Shown: piece after piece, positions 52,333 to 62,459 of the stretch | Numbering within the stretch: position 1 is the first letter of the stretch | Layout of the letters: every line of letters starts with the position of its first letter | Assembly: GCA_965249485.1 (NCBI GenBank) | Contig: OZ252239.1 | Coordinates: 64,001-128,000, forward strand | DNA length: 64,000 nucleotides | Source of the DNA: a bacterium | GTDB taxonomy: Bacteria; SM23-31 | Direction: 5' to 3' | Made by a program: the position numbers and the translations under genes | The notes under the pieces: generated by a model | The model's input: the letters and a program-made list of their open reading frames with translations, nothing else | Told to the model about the DNA's origin: nothing | The model's database searches: none

Positions 52333-53740
52333 AGCGAACGAAATAAAGCTCCTTTTGCGGTGGCGATAAATACTCGACTCCACGTTCGGTGGCAAGCGCC
52401 TCCTCATGATTCCAAAATAATAAATATTGGTCTTCGCGTTCATTGGATGTCGGCGACGGCATATAAAAAAAATATTCTAACACAAAGTGATGATTTGGTG
52501 GAAGTGGTATATCTTTCGACCAATCCGGACCGAGTGAACCAATCCTGGGGGCCAAATAATTTTCAAACTCCCTCCCATCACGCGCTCCTTTCATCATGCC
52601 ATGGCTGTCCATATTAAGGTGCGTATTTTCAGGTTCAAAACCTGCAGAATATACGGGAAAATTGTTCTTTTGGATAGCCATATGCAATTGATTATCCCTA
52701 ATAATAATCCCTTCATCCTCAAATTTCCGCGTGTAGTCTTGAATTATCTCACGAGGGGTACGACCTGCCCTGATGGTTTCAGCCAGGATCTTTTCGATTT
52801 TCAAATATTCTGCATAGAGTTTTTGGATTTCCGGAGGTGGTTCAGTCTCTCCGTCACGGAGCACATAGGCATGCAATCCCCGCTCTGGTGAGGCAAGAAT
52901 GTCACCTCCCTGGATCACACTGTTTTCCCAGCCTGCACTCCTACCTCTTTGTGACAGTCCTGTACTCATCCGGCGAAAGACGGTTACTCCCGACCCACGA
53001 TTCTTAGTGACACCCGGCACAATATCAGCAAATGCCTTCATTATACGTTCAACATCATCCTTACATATTCTTTTTAGCAGCTCAATTTCACTCGGTACCT
53101 TGTTTATAATGTAATCCATCATCACATTTTCAGACGAGATCAGCCTGCTGGCAAAGGTATCACCGAGCTCTTCGGTTAAGAGGAGGTAGTCGGTATGCGA
53201 TAAGCCGTCTTTTTCTCCCTGGAAAGTCACCCACGGTCCCAGATCATGCTTGAAATTTACCGCAATACGTTTGGGCTCACGTGCTTCAACAAATTCTTTG
53301 AGATTCTTAAATCGATAATCATATTCAGTCATCGGGCTTCCCACCGGTTCCTGCACACAAACTGGGTCGTGGATTATGTCGTAGGCTCCAGATTCTTCAA
53401 CCAACTTACTTTGCTCTCCTCCTTCACGCTGTGAAGCTCCCCAGCGACGTCCGAGAACCGCGCGTTCGATCCTGTCACCGCCACGGTCTGTGAAGATGAA
53501 AACTCCGGAGCTACTTCCCAGTTCTTCCGCACCAAAGGGATCAGGAATTGCTTCTCTCATCACATGGATCCACATGTCGATATTGTTCTTTTTCATGACT
53601 TGGGGCAGTACTATATCAAACTTATCCCGGCGTATCTGATTATTCCATTCTTTGAAATCGTCTTCATCCTGAGCCTGTGCATTGGCAAAAGGTACTGTGA
53701 ACAGCACGGTAATTAAAATGAGAATTTCTCGAAATTTCAT
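52331..53740 (-). CDS. Secreted M24 family protein, subgroup A
   Basis: Close paralogue of 10099..11511. Confidence 0.75.
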   Translation of the reverse strand: MKFREILILITVLFTVPFANAQAQDEDDFKEWNNQIRRDKFDIVLPQVMKKNNIDMWIHVMREAIPDPFGAEELGSSSGVFIFTDRGGDRIERAVLGRRWGASQREGGEQSKLVEESGAYDIIHDPVCVQEPVGSPMTEYDYRFKNLKEFVEAREPKRIAVNFKHDLGPWVTFQGEKDGLSHTDYLLLTEELGDTFASRLISSENVMMDYIINKVPSEIELLKRICKDDVERIMKAFADIVPGVTKNRGSGVTVFRRMSTGLSQRGRSAGWENSVIQGGDILASPERGLHAYVLRDGETEPPPEIQKLYAEYLKIEKILAETIRAGRTPREIIQDYTRKFEDEGIIIRDNQLHMAIQKNNFPVYSAGFEPENTHLNMDSHGMMKGARDGREFENYLAPRIGSLGPDWSKDIPLPPNHHFVLEYFFYMPSPTSNEREDQYLLFWNHEEALATERGVEYLSPPQKELYFVR

Positions 53741-53870
53741 GTCTTTCTCCTCCCTTGGTTAATCTGATATTTTCTATATCAATTCTTTAAAAGAGAATAT
53801 ATGAGGAATCCTTTGATGTGCAACTCCATTGTAACATTTGATGTAAGTCGTCATAACAATTATAAAGAAT

Positions 53871-56615
53871 TTATTTATCATACCAGTGGTCTTGAAGAAT
53901 AACCGTATTTCTTTTCAACACCCGTCCGTCAACGGTGAGGGTAATAGCATACTCACCCGGTTGAACCGGAACATTAATAAACTTTGGATCATTGTTAGAT
54001 ATACGATGGTAATCAACACTATCATAAGAATGAAAACTTTCTTCTTCATCTACATAAAAATCACGTTCATCCTGGTCAAGTTGCCACAGGATAATTTCGC
54101 TTTCAGTTCGCTCCCTCCGTTTTGACATATTCCATTCAACACAATTTAAACCCGAATTGTTTGTCCCCATTATTTCGTTGATTGCTCTTGTACCCTTGTA
54201 AACCGTTATTTTCACTTCACTAGTAACCCTGTTTTTCAAATAATAGTTAACCACTATACCATAGGGTTCATTAGGTCCTGCAAAGTTTTGCGAACTTACA
54301 ACGTTTCGGCTGGTGATCACCCATTGTACTTTTGGTTCAATATCAAAGAGATGAATGTCTTGTTCAAGGACTCTCTGAGTTAGCTCCTGTAATGGAGAAA
54401 CATCAGTAATAAAAATCCCCCTTCCATGTGATCCTACCACAAGATCGTTTTCACGTGGGTGAATAACCAAATCATGTACCGGTTGTGTTGGCATATTGTT
54501 TTTCATTTTTGCCCAGGTTCTACCTCCATCTATTGTTACATAGACGGCTTTATCAGTACCTAAAAAAAGTAGATTGCGATTCTTGCGGTCTTCTTTAATG
54601 ACATTGATCGCTTCATTTGGAAGGTTATTTGCAATTGATGTCCAGGTCTTTCCGAAATCGTTGGTTTTGTACACGAACGGTCTGGAATCATCTCTGCGGC
54701 GTCCAGTGTAGGTAACATAGGCAGTTCCGGTATCATGATGCGAAGCGGTAACCCTGCTTACAAAGTATCCGGGATTGCCAGTTATACGATCATTTAGTTT
54801 TGTCCATGTTTTACCGTTATCCTTAGTGAGTTGAACATTACCATCATCTGTACCAACCCAAATAACTCCTTTCATAACCGGAGATTCATCTATTGTTGTA
54901 ATAGTACAGTAATGAGCGTTTTCAAATTCTCCAATTTTTATCGGATCATTCGTCGTGAGATCGGGGCTTATTTCCTTCCAGTTTTCACCCCTGAAATCTG
55001 AGCGAAGCAGAATATTTGCCCCATGATAAATGACATTACTGTTATGCGGCGAAATCAGGATAGGAGAGTTCCAGTTGAATCGAAGGCTGCGGTCTTTTGC
55101 TATATAAGCAGCCAATTCCCCTCCGTTATACCGTATTCCTTTACTGCGACCCGTCTTTTGATCTCTTCTTTGAATACTGCCCCATTGAGACTCGTTATAC
55201 AACCAGCGACTGTCAGTAGGATCTACCAGGTTATAAAATCCATCTCCGCCGCCGACATGCTCCCAGTCTTCGAATCGAATAGGAGAGGTGCCTTTCTTTG
55301 TGCTCGGTCCCTTCCATGAACCATTATCCTGCGTACCGCCATAGACATTGTAGGGATAGTCCATATCGACACCAACTGCATATAACTGGGCTAAAGGCAG
55401 ATCATCGGGATGATACCAGTTTTTCCCACTATCATACGTAATACCAAATCCATGGTCATTGCCTGAAAGCAAGTGATTGGAATTTTCAGGATCGATCCAT
55501 AACGCATGATGATCATCTTTAAATTCGAACGCAAGGAACCATGATTTACCGCCGTCGATCGACTCGCGGGCGCTGCCACTCAAAAAGTAGAGGTGATTCT
55601 CATCATTCGGATCAACTCTAATTTGACCGTAGTAAGAGCCACCACCAATGATCTCGTCTTCAGGACTAACCTGCCTCCATATAGTGCCTCCATTATCAGT
55701 GCGGAATACTTTACTAATATTTGTATTACCAATTCTTCCACGAGGATGTGTGCCGTCGGATAGTATAGCATAAAGGATTTCAGGATTTTTTGGGGAAATG
55801 GTGAGGCCGATTCTTCCAATTGCATCGGCAGGTAATCCACGTGTGAGTTTCAGCCATGATTTTCCGCCGTCGGTTGTTTTATATATTCCACTTCCCCTGC
55901 CGCTTTGACGGTAACTCCAGGGCGTACGTTCCCTGTCCCAGCTTGCTGCAAAGAGTGTATTAGGATCTTTAGGATTCATTACCACATCTACCACACCGAC
56001 GTATTTATTATCAATTTTCACTTCAAGAGTCTTTGTCCATGTAATGCCGCCATCAATTGTTTTATACAATCCACGCTCCTGATTATCAGTATAAAAATGA
56101 CCAGGTGCTGCAACATATACAATATTTGGATTTTGAGGATGAATGATAATCCGGCCGATATGAAAAGAATCCTTTAAGCCCATATTTGTCCATGTCATTC
56201 CTCCATCAGTAGACTTGTATACGCCATCACCCCAGTATGAAATCCCCGGATCAGTACTGCTATTATTAGATTCACCCGTCCCAATCCAAACAATGTTTGG
56301 ATCAGATGGTGCTACCGCAATGTCACCAATAGATATTACATTTTCATTATCAAAAACAGGTTTATAAGATTGACCATTATTTATTGTTTTCCACAATCCA
56401 CCTGTTGCAGTTGCGACATAAAAGGTATACGATTCTTGTACGGGCACGGCAAAATCGACTATTCTGCCGCCTTGACGAGTCGGGCCGATCGAGCGGTAAT
56501 TGAAGTGTTTTAAAAAATCCTGAGAAAGCTGCTGTCCAAAAATATCAGAAGTGACTACGAGGAATAATGGTAACATTACAATGGAAACAAGTTGGATTAT
56601 TTTTTTAATTGTCAC
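53871..56615 (-). CDS. VPS10/sortilin-like BNR (Asp-box) repeat glycosyl-hydrolase-like protein
   Basis: RSIGPT..GGRI, many S.DGG.TW boxes, GGTQDNGS, FNWNSP, GSHGRG. Confidence 0.85.
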   Translation of the reverse strand: MTIKKIIQLVSIVMLPLFLVVTSDIFGQQLSQDFLKHFNYRSIGPTRQGGRIVDFAVPVQESYTFYVATATGGLWKTINNGQSYKPVFDNENVISIGDIAVAPSDPNIVWIGTGESNNSSTDPGISYWGDGVYKSTDGGMTWTNMGLKDSFHIGRIIIHPQNPNIVYVAAPGHFYTDNQERGLYKTIDGGITWTKTLEVKIDNKYVGVVDVVMNPKDPNTLFAASWDRERTPWSYRQSGRGSGIYKTTDGGKSWLKLTRGLPADAIGRIGLTISPKNPEILYAILSDGTHPRGRIGNTNISKVFRTDNGGTIWRQVSPEDEIIGGGSYYGQIRVDPNDENHLYFLSGSARESIDGGKSWFLAFEFKDDHHALWIDPENSNHLLSGNDHGFGITYDSGKNWYHPDDLPLAQLYAVGVDMDYPYNVYGGTQDNGSWKGPSTKKGTSPIRFEDWEHVGGGDGFYNLVDPTDSRWLYNESQWGSIQRRDQKTGRSKGIRYNGGELAAYIAKDRSLRFNWNSPILISPHNSNVIYHGANILLRSDFRGENWKEISPDLTTNDPIKIGEFENAHYCTITTIDESPVMKGVIWVGTDDGNVQLTKDNGKTWTKLNDRITGNPGYFVSRVTASHHDTGTAYVTYTGRRRDDSRPFVYKTNDFGKTWTSIANNLPNEAINVIKEDRKNRNLLFLGTDKAVYVTIDGGRTWAKMKNNMPTQPVHDLVIHPRENDLVVGSHGRGIFITDVSPLQELTQRVLEQDIHLFDIEPKVQWVITSRNVVSSQNFAGPNEPYGIVVNYYLKNRVTSEVKITVYKGTRAINEIMGTNNSGLNCVEWNMSKRRERTESEIILWQLDQDERDFYVDEEESFHSYDSVDYHRISNNDPKFINVPVQPGEYAITLTVDGRVLKRNTVILQDHWYDK

Positions 56616-56750
56616 AGCTTATACTCCTGCTTGGTTGGGTATGGAAGATTGCAATACATCTATATGGAAGGAATATGCGGCATTGATAGTAGCGTATCTA
56701 TATTATATTGTATATCCCCGATTCCGGGTGAATCTGAAATGTATTTTATC

Positions 56751-56780
56751 CGCCCCGGGCTGTACGATTTGCGAAGCTTT
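56751..56780 (+). repeat. Cassette-boundary repeat
   Basis: cgccccgggctgtacgatttgcgaagcttt; overlaps the TAA stop at 56779. Confidence 0.92.
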
Positions 56781-59064
56781 AAAGTTTAAGTGTTGCTGAT
56801 AACCTGATATCTATAGAAGAACTTCCAACCATGATAGTAAAATCTCCCTGTTCTACAACCCAATCACCATTTTCTGAATCATAAAACGCAAACGCATTTT
56901 TATCAAGAAAGAACGTCACCGTTTTCGTTGCATCAGGCAAAAGCGTTATCCGGCCGAAACTTTTAAGTTCCTTAACGGGACGTGCTACTGAGGAATATTG
57001 GTCATGGACGTATAGTTGTACGACTTCATCACCAGTCCTGCCACCGGAATTTGTTATATCGACACTTACTTCGGCTGATGTCGATGAGGTTTTTTGAATA
57101 TGCAGATCAGAATATTCGAAAGTTGTATAACTTAAACCATGACCAAATGGGTACAATGGTCCGCTTGGTGAATCCCGGTAAGTATCATCGCTCCCGGGCA
57201 ATCTATTGTAAAATGCTGGAATCTGTCCGACACTTCGTGGGATTGCAATGGTAAGCTTTCCTCCTGGATTTATTGTGCCAAAGAGAGCTTCAGCTACTGC
57301 AGTTCCGGTTTCCTGCCCGAGGAACCAGCCGGCAAGTATTGCTGAAATATTTTCGGCTATCCATGGAAAAGACATAGGTCTGCTCTGCAAAAACATCACA
57401 ACGACTGGAGTTCCTATCTCATATACAGCCTTGACAAGTTCATTCTGGTATCCCGGAAGGTCTATAGTGTCTGTATCCTCTCCTTCACGTGCGGTTAATT
57501 CATTTCCTCCAAGGATAAGTATAGCCACATCCGAACGTTTAGCAATACCCACCGCTTCAGCAATATTTTCCTTCTCCAGGTCGATAAGGCTGCAGCCTTC
57601 ACTATAGAGGATTTCAGCATCATTTCCGACAAAGTTTTTAATTCCATCGAGTACCTTCACATAATGACGGGCTTCCGGTGTGGAGTATGCACCGAGAATT
57701 TCCACATCGGCGTTCGGACCGATAACCGCAATTCGATTAACTTTAGTTTTATCCAACGGGAGAAGACCATCTTCATTTTTTATTAATGTAATAGCCTTCC
57801 GGGCGACATCAAGCGCGACAGCATCGCTTTTTTTGTCATAAATGACCTCTTCCCAGTTTTCCCGGGGAAAACCGCCACGGTGTAATTTGTTGAAATAATC
57901 GTTTAATCTTTCGTCCTGGCCTCGAACTGCATTAGTATGTTTTAATTCCACATATTCGGGATAATCTTCAATGGGGCCGGTACCTTCATCACCGGATGCC
58001 CAGTGATCCTGCCACGCATATATAGGTTCACCGTCATCAAACAGACCGAGCCGGAATTTGGACCTTAAGACATTCCGAACCGCTCTGTCAACAAGTTCTA
58101 CTGGAATGCTGCCGTCCCGAATACCTTCAAGAAGCGGAGGTCCGAACGTCCGCTGTTCCCATGGCGCCTCTATCTGAAGCTCCTGGTCTACTCCGGTTTC
58201 CAATGCGAGCCGTGCTGCATCAGTCAATGTTTCAGCTACAAGATGACGCGTGTGCAGAGCTCTGATGTCTCCATGATCGCTTATCAAGTGACCCTTAAAA
58301 CCGTACGTTTTTCTCAATATTTCATCGATCAGATAGACACTTGAATGATTTGGAACGCCGTTGATGCTGTGATGAGCGGGCATGACACTTCCAAGATTAG
58401 CCTCTGACACGGCGGCAAGAAAAGGAGGAAAAAATACTTCGTGAAGTCTCCGGATCGATATATCCATCGGTGTGGAATTTAGCCCACCGAGGGGTTGTCC
58501 GTCAGCTGCAAAGTGCTTTGCGGAAGCAATTATATGATTTTTGTCAAACAGTTCATCCCCTGTACCCTGTAATCCCTTGATATAACCAACTCCGATTCTG
58601 GAGACAAGGTAAGGATCTTCCCCATAGCTTTCTTCCGATCTTCCCCATCTCGGATCGATAAGAATACCAAGCATGGGTGAATAGACCTGATGGGTACCAA
58701 GGGCCCGTGCTTCTTTCGCGACGATCGAACCCATGTTTTCAATTATTTCAGGGTCCCAGGTGCTGCCCATTGCAAGCGGTGACGGAAAGCTTGTCGCATG
58801 CTTGAGACATATACCGTGCAGCGCTTCTCCCGCTTTGATATGAGGAATTCCCAGTCTGACAACAGCGTTAGGGTATAGCGTTGCAAGCTGAACAACTTTT
58901 TCATCAATGGTCATTCTCGGCATGAGATCGTTTATCCGCTCTTCAATCGACAAGTTAGAATTCTTATAGAAAGGTAGACCCTCAGAAGATTTCGTACAAG
59001 ATATTACTGTCCATACAAAAAAACATATAAATGCCATAGGTAACATCGATTTCAATGATCTCAT
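56779..59064 (-). CDS. GH3 beta-glucosidase/xylosidase, lipoprotein
   Basis: EALHG, DPRWGRSEESYGEDP, KHF, ISD, NPGGKL, YPFGHGLSYT, Fn3-like tail. Confidence 0.93.
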   Translation of the reverse strand: MRSLKSMLPMAFICFFVWTVISCTKSSEGLPFYKNSNLSIEERINDLMPRMTIDEKVVQLATLYPNAVVRLGIPHIKAGEALHGICLKHATSFPSPLAMGSTWDPEIIENMGSIVAKEARALGTHQVYSPMLGILIDPRWGRSEESYGEDPYLVSRIGVGYIKGLQGTGDELFDKNHIIASAKHFAADGQPLGGLNSTPMDISIRRLHEVFFPPFLAAVSEANLGSVMPAHHSINGVPNHSSVYLIDEILRKTYGFKGHLISDHGDIRALHTRHLVAETLTDAARLALETGVDQELQIEAPWEQRTFGPPLLEGIRDGSIPVELVDRAVRNVLRSKFRLGLFDDGEPIYAWQDHWASGDEGTGPIEDYPEYVELKHTNAVRGQDERLNDYFNKLHRGGFPRENWEEVIYDKKSDAVALDVARKAITLIKNEDGLLPLDKTKVNRIAVIGPNADVEILGAYSTPEARHYVKVLDGIKNFVGNDAEILYSEGCSLIDLEKENIAEAVGIAKRSDVAILILGGNELTAREGEDTDTIDLPGYQNELVKAVYEIGTPVVVMFLQSRPMSFPWIAENISAILAGWFLGQETGTAVAEALFGTINPGGKLTIAIPRSVGQIPAFYNRLPGSDDTYRDSPSGPLYPFGHGLSYTTFEYSDLHIQKTSSTSAEVSVDITNSGGRTGDEVVQLYVHDQYSSVARPVKELKSFGRITLLPDATKTVTFFLDKNAFAFYDSENGDWVVEQGDFTIMVGSSSIDIRLSATLKL

Positions 59065-59306
59065 TTTTTTCCTTTTAATCTATTAAACGCGCACTAAAGC
59101 AAAATTGTATCAAATGTCTACAAATACATAATTTGTAATTCTTTTAATATCAATCTGATATCCCCCATAGCAATCCCTTAATAGAGATTAATAGGGTTTA
59201 GTATAAAATTTGACGCTCTTCTAAGATGTGATGTACGTGGTCAGAGCGAACTGGTACTTGGATATAAATGGCAAGGTATGCAATTAACTTTCACACGTGA
59301 ATTCTA

Positions 59307-59336
59307 CTCCCTCGGGGTGTGCGATTTGCGAAGCTT
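59307..59336 (+). repeat. Cassette-boundary repeat
   Basis: ctccctcggggtgtgcgatttgcgaagctt. Confidence 0.85.
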
Positions 59337-59394
59337 ATCGTACAACTTCCCATCAATCTGATGAAGAAAAATGGAGAATTTTTAATAGTGTCTG

Positions 59395-60777
59395 TTATCT
59401 TGCCTTATCAACATCAAGCACTACAACAGAATTGAACGGATCCCACGCCCGTCCGTCCAGAGTAACAACGATATAGGCATTTCCTTCGATCGCAACTTTG
59501 TAGTTTTTCCGGGGGATGCTCCGCAGTGCATAGGCCTGTATCGGTCGGCGTCGTATAGTATCTAACACGAGTCTCCCATCATCGGGCCAATCGAACACGT
59601 GCAGATACAGTCGCGTTGTGCCGTCAGGAAGGATCTTGTGAGTTATCCTCCCCCACTCGGGCTGCCCCCACTGTGAGCTTTTTGTCCCATAGATACTTTC
59701 ACCATACTTTTTAAGCCAGACACCGGATTCAAGGAGAACATCGACCGATTCTTTGGGAATTATTCCTTCAGGCGTCGGGCCGACATTCAGCAGATAATTT
59801 CCACCTATGCTTGCTATGTGGGTAAGATCGCGCACGACCATCTCAGCAGTTATCCAGTCGGTAAAGTTTTTGTCATACATCCAGGTACCATTCATCTCTG
59901 TATTAACTTCAAAATTATGGAATGTCTGAATTTCACCCTGCTCGGGCATAAACTGTTCGGGAGTTATATAATCCATCGTTCCGTGACCAAACCGGTCATT
60001 TATGATAACGTCGGGTTGGATCGAGCGTATCATATCCATTATCTCAATATTATGAATCAGCTTTGGATGCTCTTCGACGTACGCTTCTAAAGGACCGTCA
60101 CTAGGCGCTGAAAATGCACCGCCGTCATCGGAGAAAAATACGTCTATCTGTCCGTAATCGGTGAATAGTTCACGGATCTGATTCTTCATATAGACAACGT
60201 ATTTTTCAAGATCGGCATCCGGATTGGGGTAGTAATGACGGTTGCGGTACCACTTGGCGGGAAATTCGGGATGATGCATATCGGTAACCGAGTAATAGAC
60301 CCCCAGCCGTATACCGGCCTCAAAACAGGCATCCGCCAATTCTTTCAACGGATCCCGGTCGAAGGGAGTATAATCCACAATATCGTAATCGGTATACTTG
60401 GAGTCGTACATACAGAATCCGTTATGGTGCTTGGTCATATACACGATATATTTCATTCCGGCATTCCGGGCTATATCGACCCATTCTTCAGCATCAAAAT
60501 CGACAGGGTTGAGGACCATTCCTGCTTCCAGCAGGTCTTCATAGTTTCTCCAGCCTTCGTCCAAATTGGTCAAATGCGGAAGCGCATCGGGCCCCCAATG
60601 GATAAACATCCCGTAACGGGCATCGTGCCACCATTCCATTCTGTTATCCATTGACGTGTTCCAGTCAGGACGGATCTGAATCATTACTTGAGCCTGCACA
60701 GATGTTGCCGTTATAAAAAGTACACCTAGGCAAAATGAAACCGTACGGAGCATTAATTTAGATAATGGTGTGCCCAT
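59395..60777 (-). CDS. Alpha-L-fucosidase (GH29)
   Basis: WWHDARYGMFIHWG, AGMKY....TKHHNGF, YYS, IINDR, GGNYLLNVGP, GESIYGT. Confidence 0.9.
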   Translation of the reverse strand: MGTPLSKLMLRTVSFCLGVLFITATSVQAQVMIQIRPDWNTSMDNRMEWWHDARYGMFIHWGPDALPHLTNLDEGWRNYEDLLEAGMVLNPVDFDAEEWVDIARNAGMKYIVYMTKHHNGFCMYDSKYTDYDIVDYTPFDRDPLKELADACFEAGIRLGVYYSVTDMHHPEFPAKWYRNRHYYPNPDADLEKYVVYMKNQIRELFTDYGQIDVFFSDDGGAFSAPSDGPLEAYVEEHPKLIHNIEIMDMIRSIQPDVIINDRFGHGTMDYITPEQFMPEQGEIQTFHNFEVNTEMNGTWMYDKNFTDWITAEMVVRDLTHIASIGGNYLLNVGPTPEGIIPKESVDVLLESGVWLKKYGESIYGTKSSQWGQPEWGRITHKILPDGTTRLYLHVFDWPDDGRLVLDTIRRRPIQAYALRSIPRKNYKVAIEGNAYIVVTLDGRAWDPFNSVVVLDVDKAR

Positions 60778-60819
60778 AATTGTCTCCTTTAAATTTTTTG
60801 TTTTTACACGTATATTCTA

Positions 60820-60849
60820 CTCCTCGGGCTGTACGATTTGCGAACCTTT
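60820..60849 (+). repeat. Cassette-boundary repeat (consensus copy)
   Basis: ctcctcgggctgtacgatttgcgaaccttt, 4 nt from the stop at 60854. Confidence 0.93.
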
Positions 60850-60853
60850 ATGC

Positions 60854-62311
60854 TCATTTGATCAGTATAATTTTTTCATTTGGTGGATGAAGCCATTCAA
60901 CCCCCCGGCTACTCACAATGTGATTACCTTCAATATTAATGGAAATTGGAAAACCGGGTCTTTCAGGAAGATTTGTATGGACCATATATTCAAATGAGAA
61001 CATATGATTCTCATTGATCGTCAAATGATGCCGGTCTGATCGAAATTTCGCCATAGAAGGTCCGACTGTCACTTTACTGCCTGCATTTTGACCCTGAGTA
61101 TGAAGATCGATGGAAATCCCTGACTTATCGGTGTTGGCAAGCGCCTTCTGAATCATCACGTAATCAGGAGTACCTTTACCATCTGCAGTCAGTCCCCGTG
61201 AATCATCAAAAGGTGCATAAATATAGCCCGCATCTTCAACGGCCTTAATGAGAATACTCAAGGTTTCCCCTGCTGTTCTGCCGACTTTTATGTTCTTCCG
61301 CATTATCTCACGAGCTTTCAACGCCTGATCATACGCATACTGCAGACTTTCGGGAACTTTTGTTTCCCCTTCTTTCAGAATATAGAAATTACGCTTATAA
61401 TCCGTCACAAAATAATCCAGATATTTATTTCCGGTATCAAACGTTCCAAAATCGCCGCGTTGAATGACATAATCAGGGTGATTGAGCCAAAACCGCACAT
61501 CAGGTGGACCAATAGCTTTGCCTTTTTCCGTATAGAGAATCCGGGGGGTACCTGGACTCGTCCTGTATCCTCCTCTGTCTACATGTCTTTTGTAAAACTC
61601 ATTAGCAACCCACCAGCCTATATCACCTAACGTTGTTACACCGGGAGTGATCACTTCGCGGGATAAAGAGCGTTCAAGGATCTGTCTGTGTACTTCCAGT
61701 GCATTTGTCATGAGCGTTACTTCTCTCAGGATCCTTCGTGATCTGAAATCGGTGATTACTCTTTCCGCGGATACAATTCTCGCAGAATATTTTGGCCCTA
61801 AGAGTTTTTCCAATTTCAAATATTGAGTGTGGGAGATACCATCCGCAACAGCAAGCCAATCTGAATAATTTACTGCAATCGTTTTCGGATCACGATCATG
61901 AACATACTCTATAAATTCGTTATAGACATTTGGATCTTGATTCCCGTAATAATAACCGTTGATAGCTTGTGCGAGTTGCCAGGAACCACGCACGTCAAAA
62001 TTCAATCCGCCGCCTCCGCTGCCGAACATAGCCCGTTCAATCCTGTCTCCAATGTCTGTAAAGATCATATAACCGGATGTCGACCCGAATTCCGGAAACA
62101 TCGGATCAGGATCTCCGTCACGGGTAACATGGATCCACATGTCTACATTATTGTCGCGCATGGCTTCCGGCAGGATAAGATCAAGTTTTTCTTTCCTTAT
62201 AAGTTGAATGACTTCCCCACCGGTCTTAATCGTATGGACACCAGGCTGCGCATTGACATGAGGTACTGTGAGCATACCAGCTATTAAAAATAACACTATT
62301 CGAGATATCAT
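60854..62311 (-). CDS. Secreted M24 family metallopeptidase, subgroup B
   Basis: TFDTG, TDYK, IDLH, SFEY, NIEGN; paralogue of 4020..5450. Confidence 0.8.
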   Translation of the reverse strand: MISRIVLFLIAGMLTVPHVNAQPGVHTIKTGGEVIQLIRKEKLDLILPEAMRDNNVDMWIHVTRDGDPDPMFPEFGSTSGYMIFTDIGDRIERAMFGSGGGGLNFDVRGSWQLAQAINGYYYGNQDPNVYNEFIEYVHDRDPKTIAVNYSDWLAVADGISHTQYLKLEKLLGPKYSARIVSAERVITDFRSRRILREVTLMTNALEVHRQILERSLSREVITPGVTTLGDIGWWVANEFYKRHVDRGGYRTSPGTPRILYTEKGKAIGPPDVRFWLNHPDYVIQRGDFGTFDTGNKYLDYFVTDYKRNFYILKEGETKVPESLQYAYDQALKAREIMRKNIKVGRTAGETLSILIKAVEDAGYIYAPFDDSRGLTADGKGTPDYVMIQKALANTDKSGISIDLHTQGQNAGSKVTVGPSMAKFRSDRHHLTINENHMFSFEYMVHTNLPERPGFPISINIEGNHIVSSRGVEWLHPPNEKIILIK

Positions 62312-62459
62312 AACTTGCTCCTCTCTTGGTTAAACTGATAATCCCTATATCAATCTTGTGAAAGAAAATAAATTTTGGTTTGTGCTGAAATATAACGCTT
62401 ATTTGAGATGTGATATACTTCGTCAGAGTGTTCCGGATTCTTTTATTTATTTGATATAA

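Noticed and set aside
527..53740. Diversity-generating retroelement acting on M24 paralogues
   Set aside because: No reverse transcriptase, and differences between paralogues are spread throughout and not adenine-specific.
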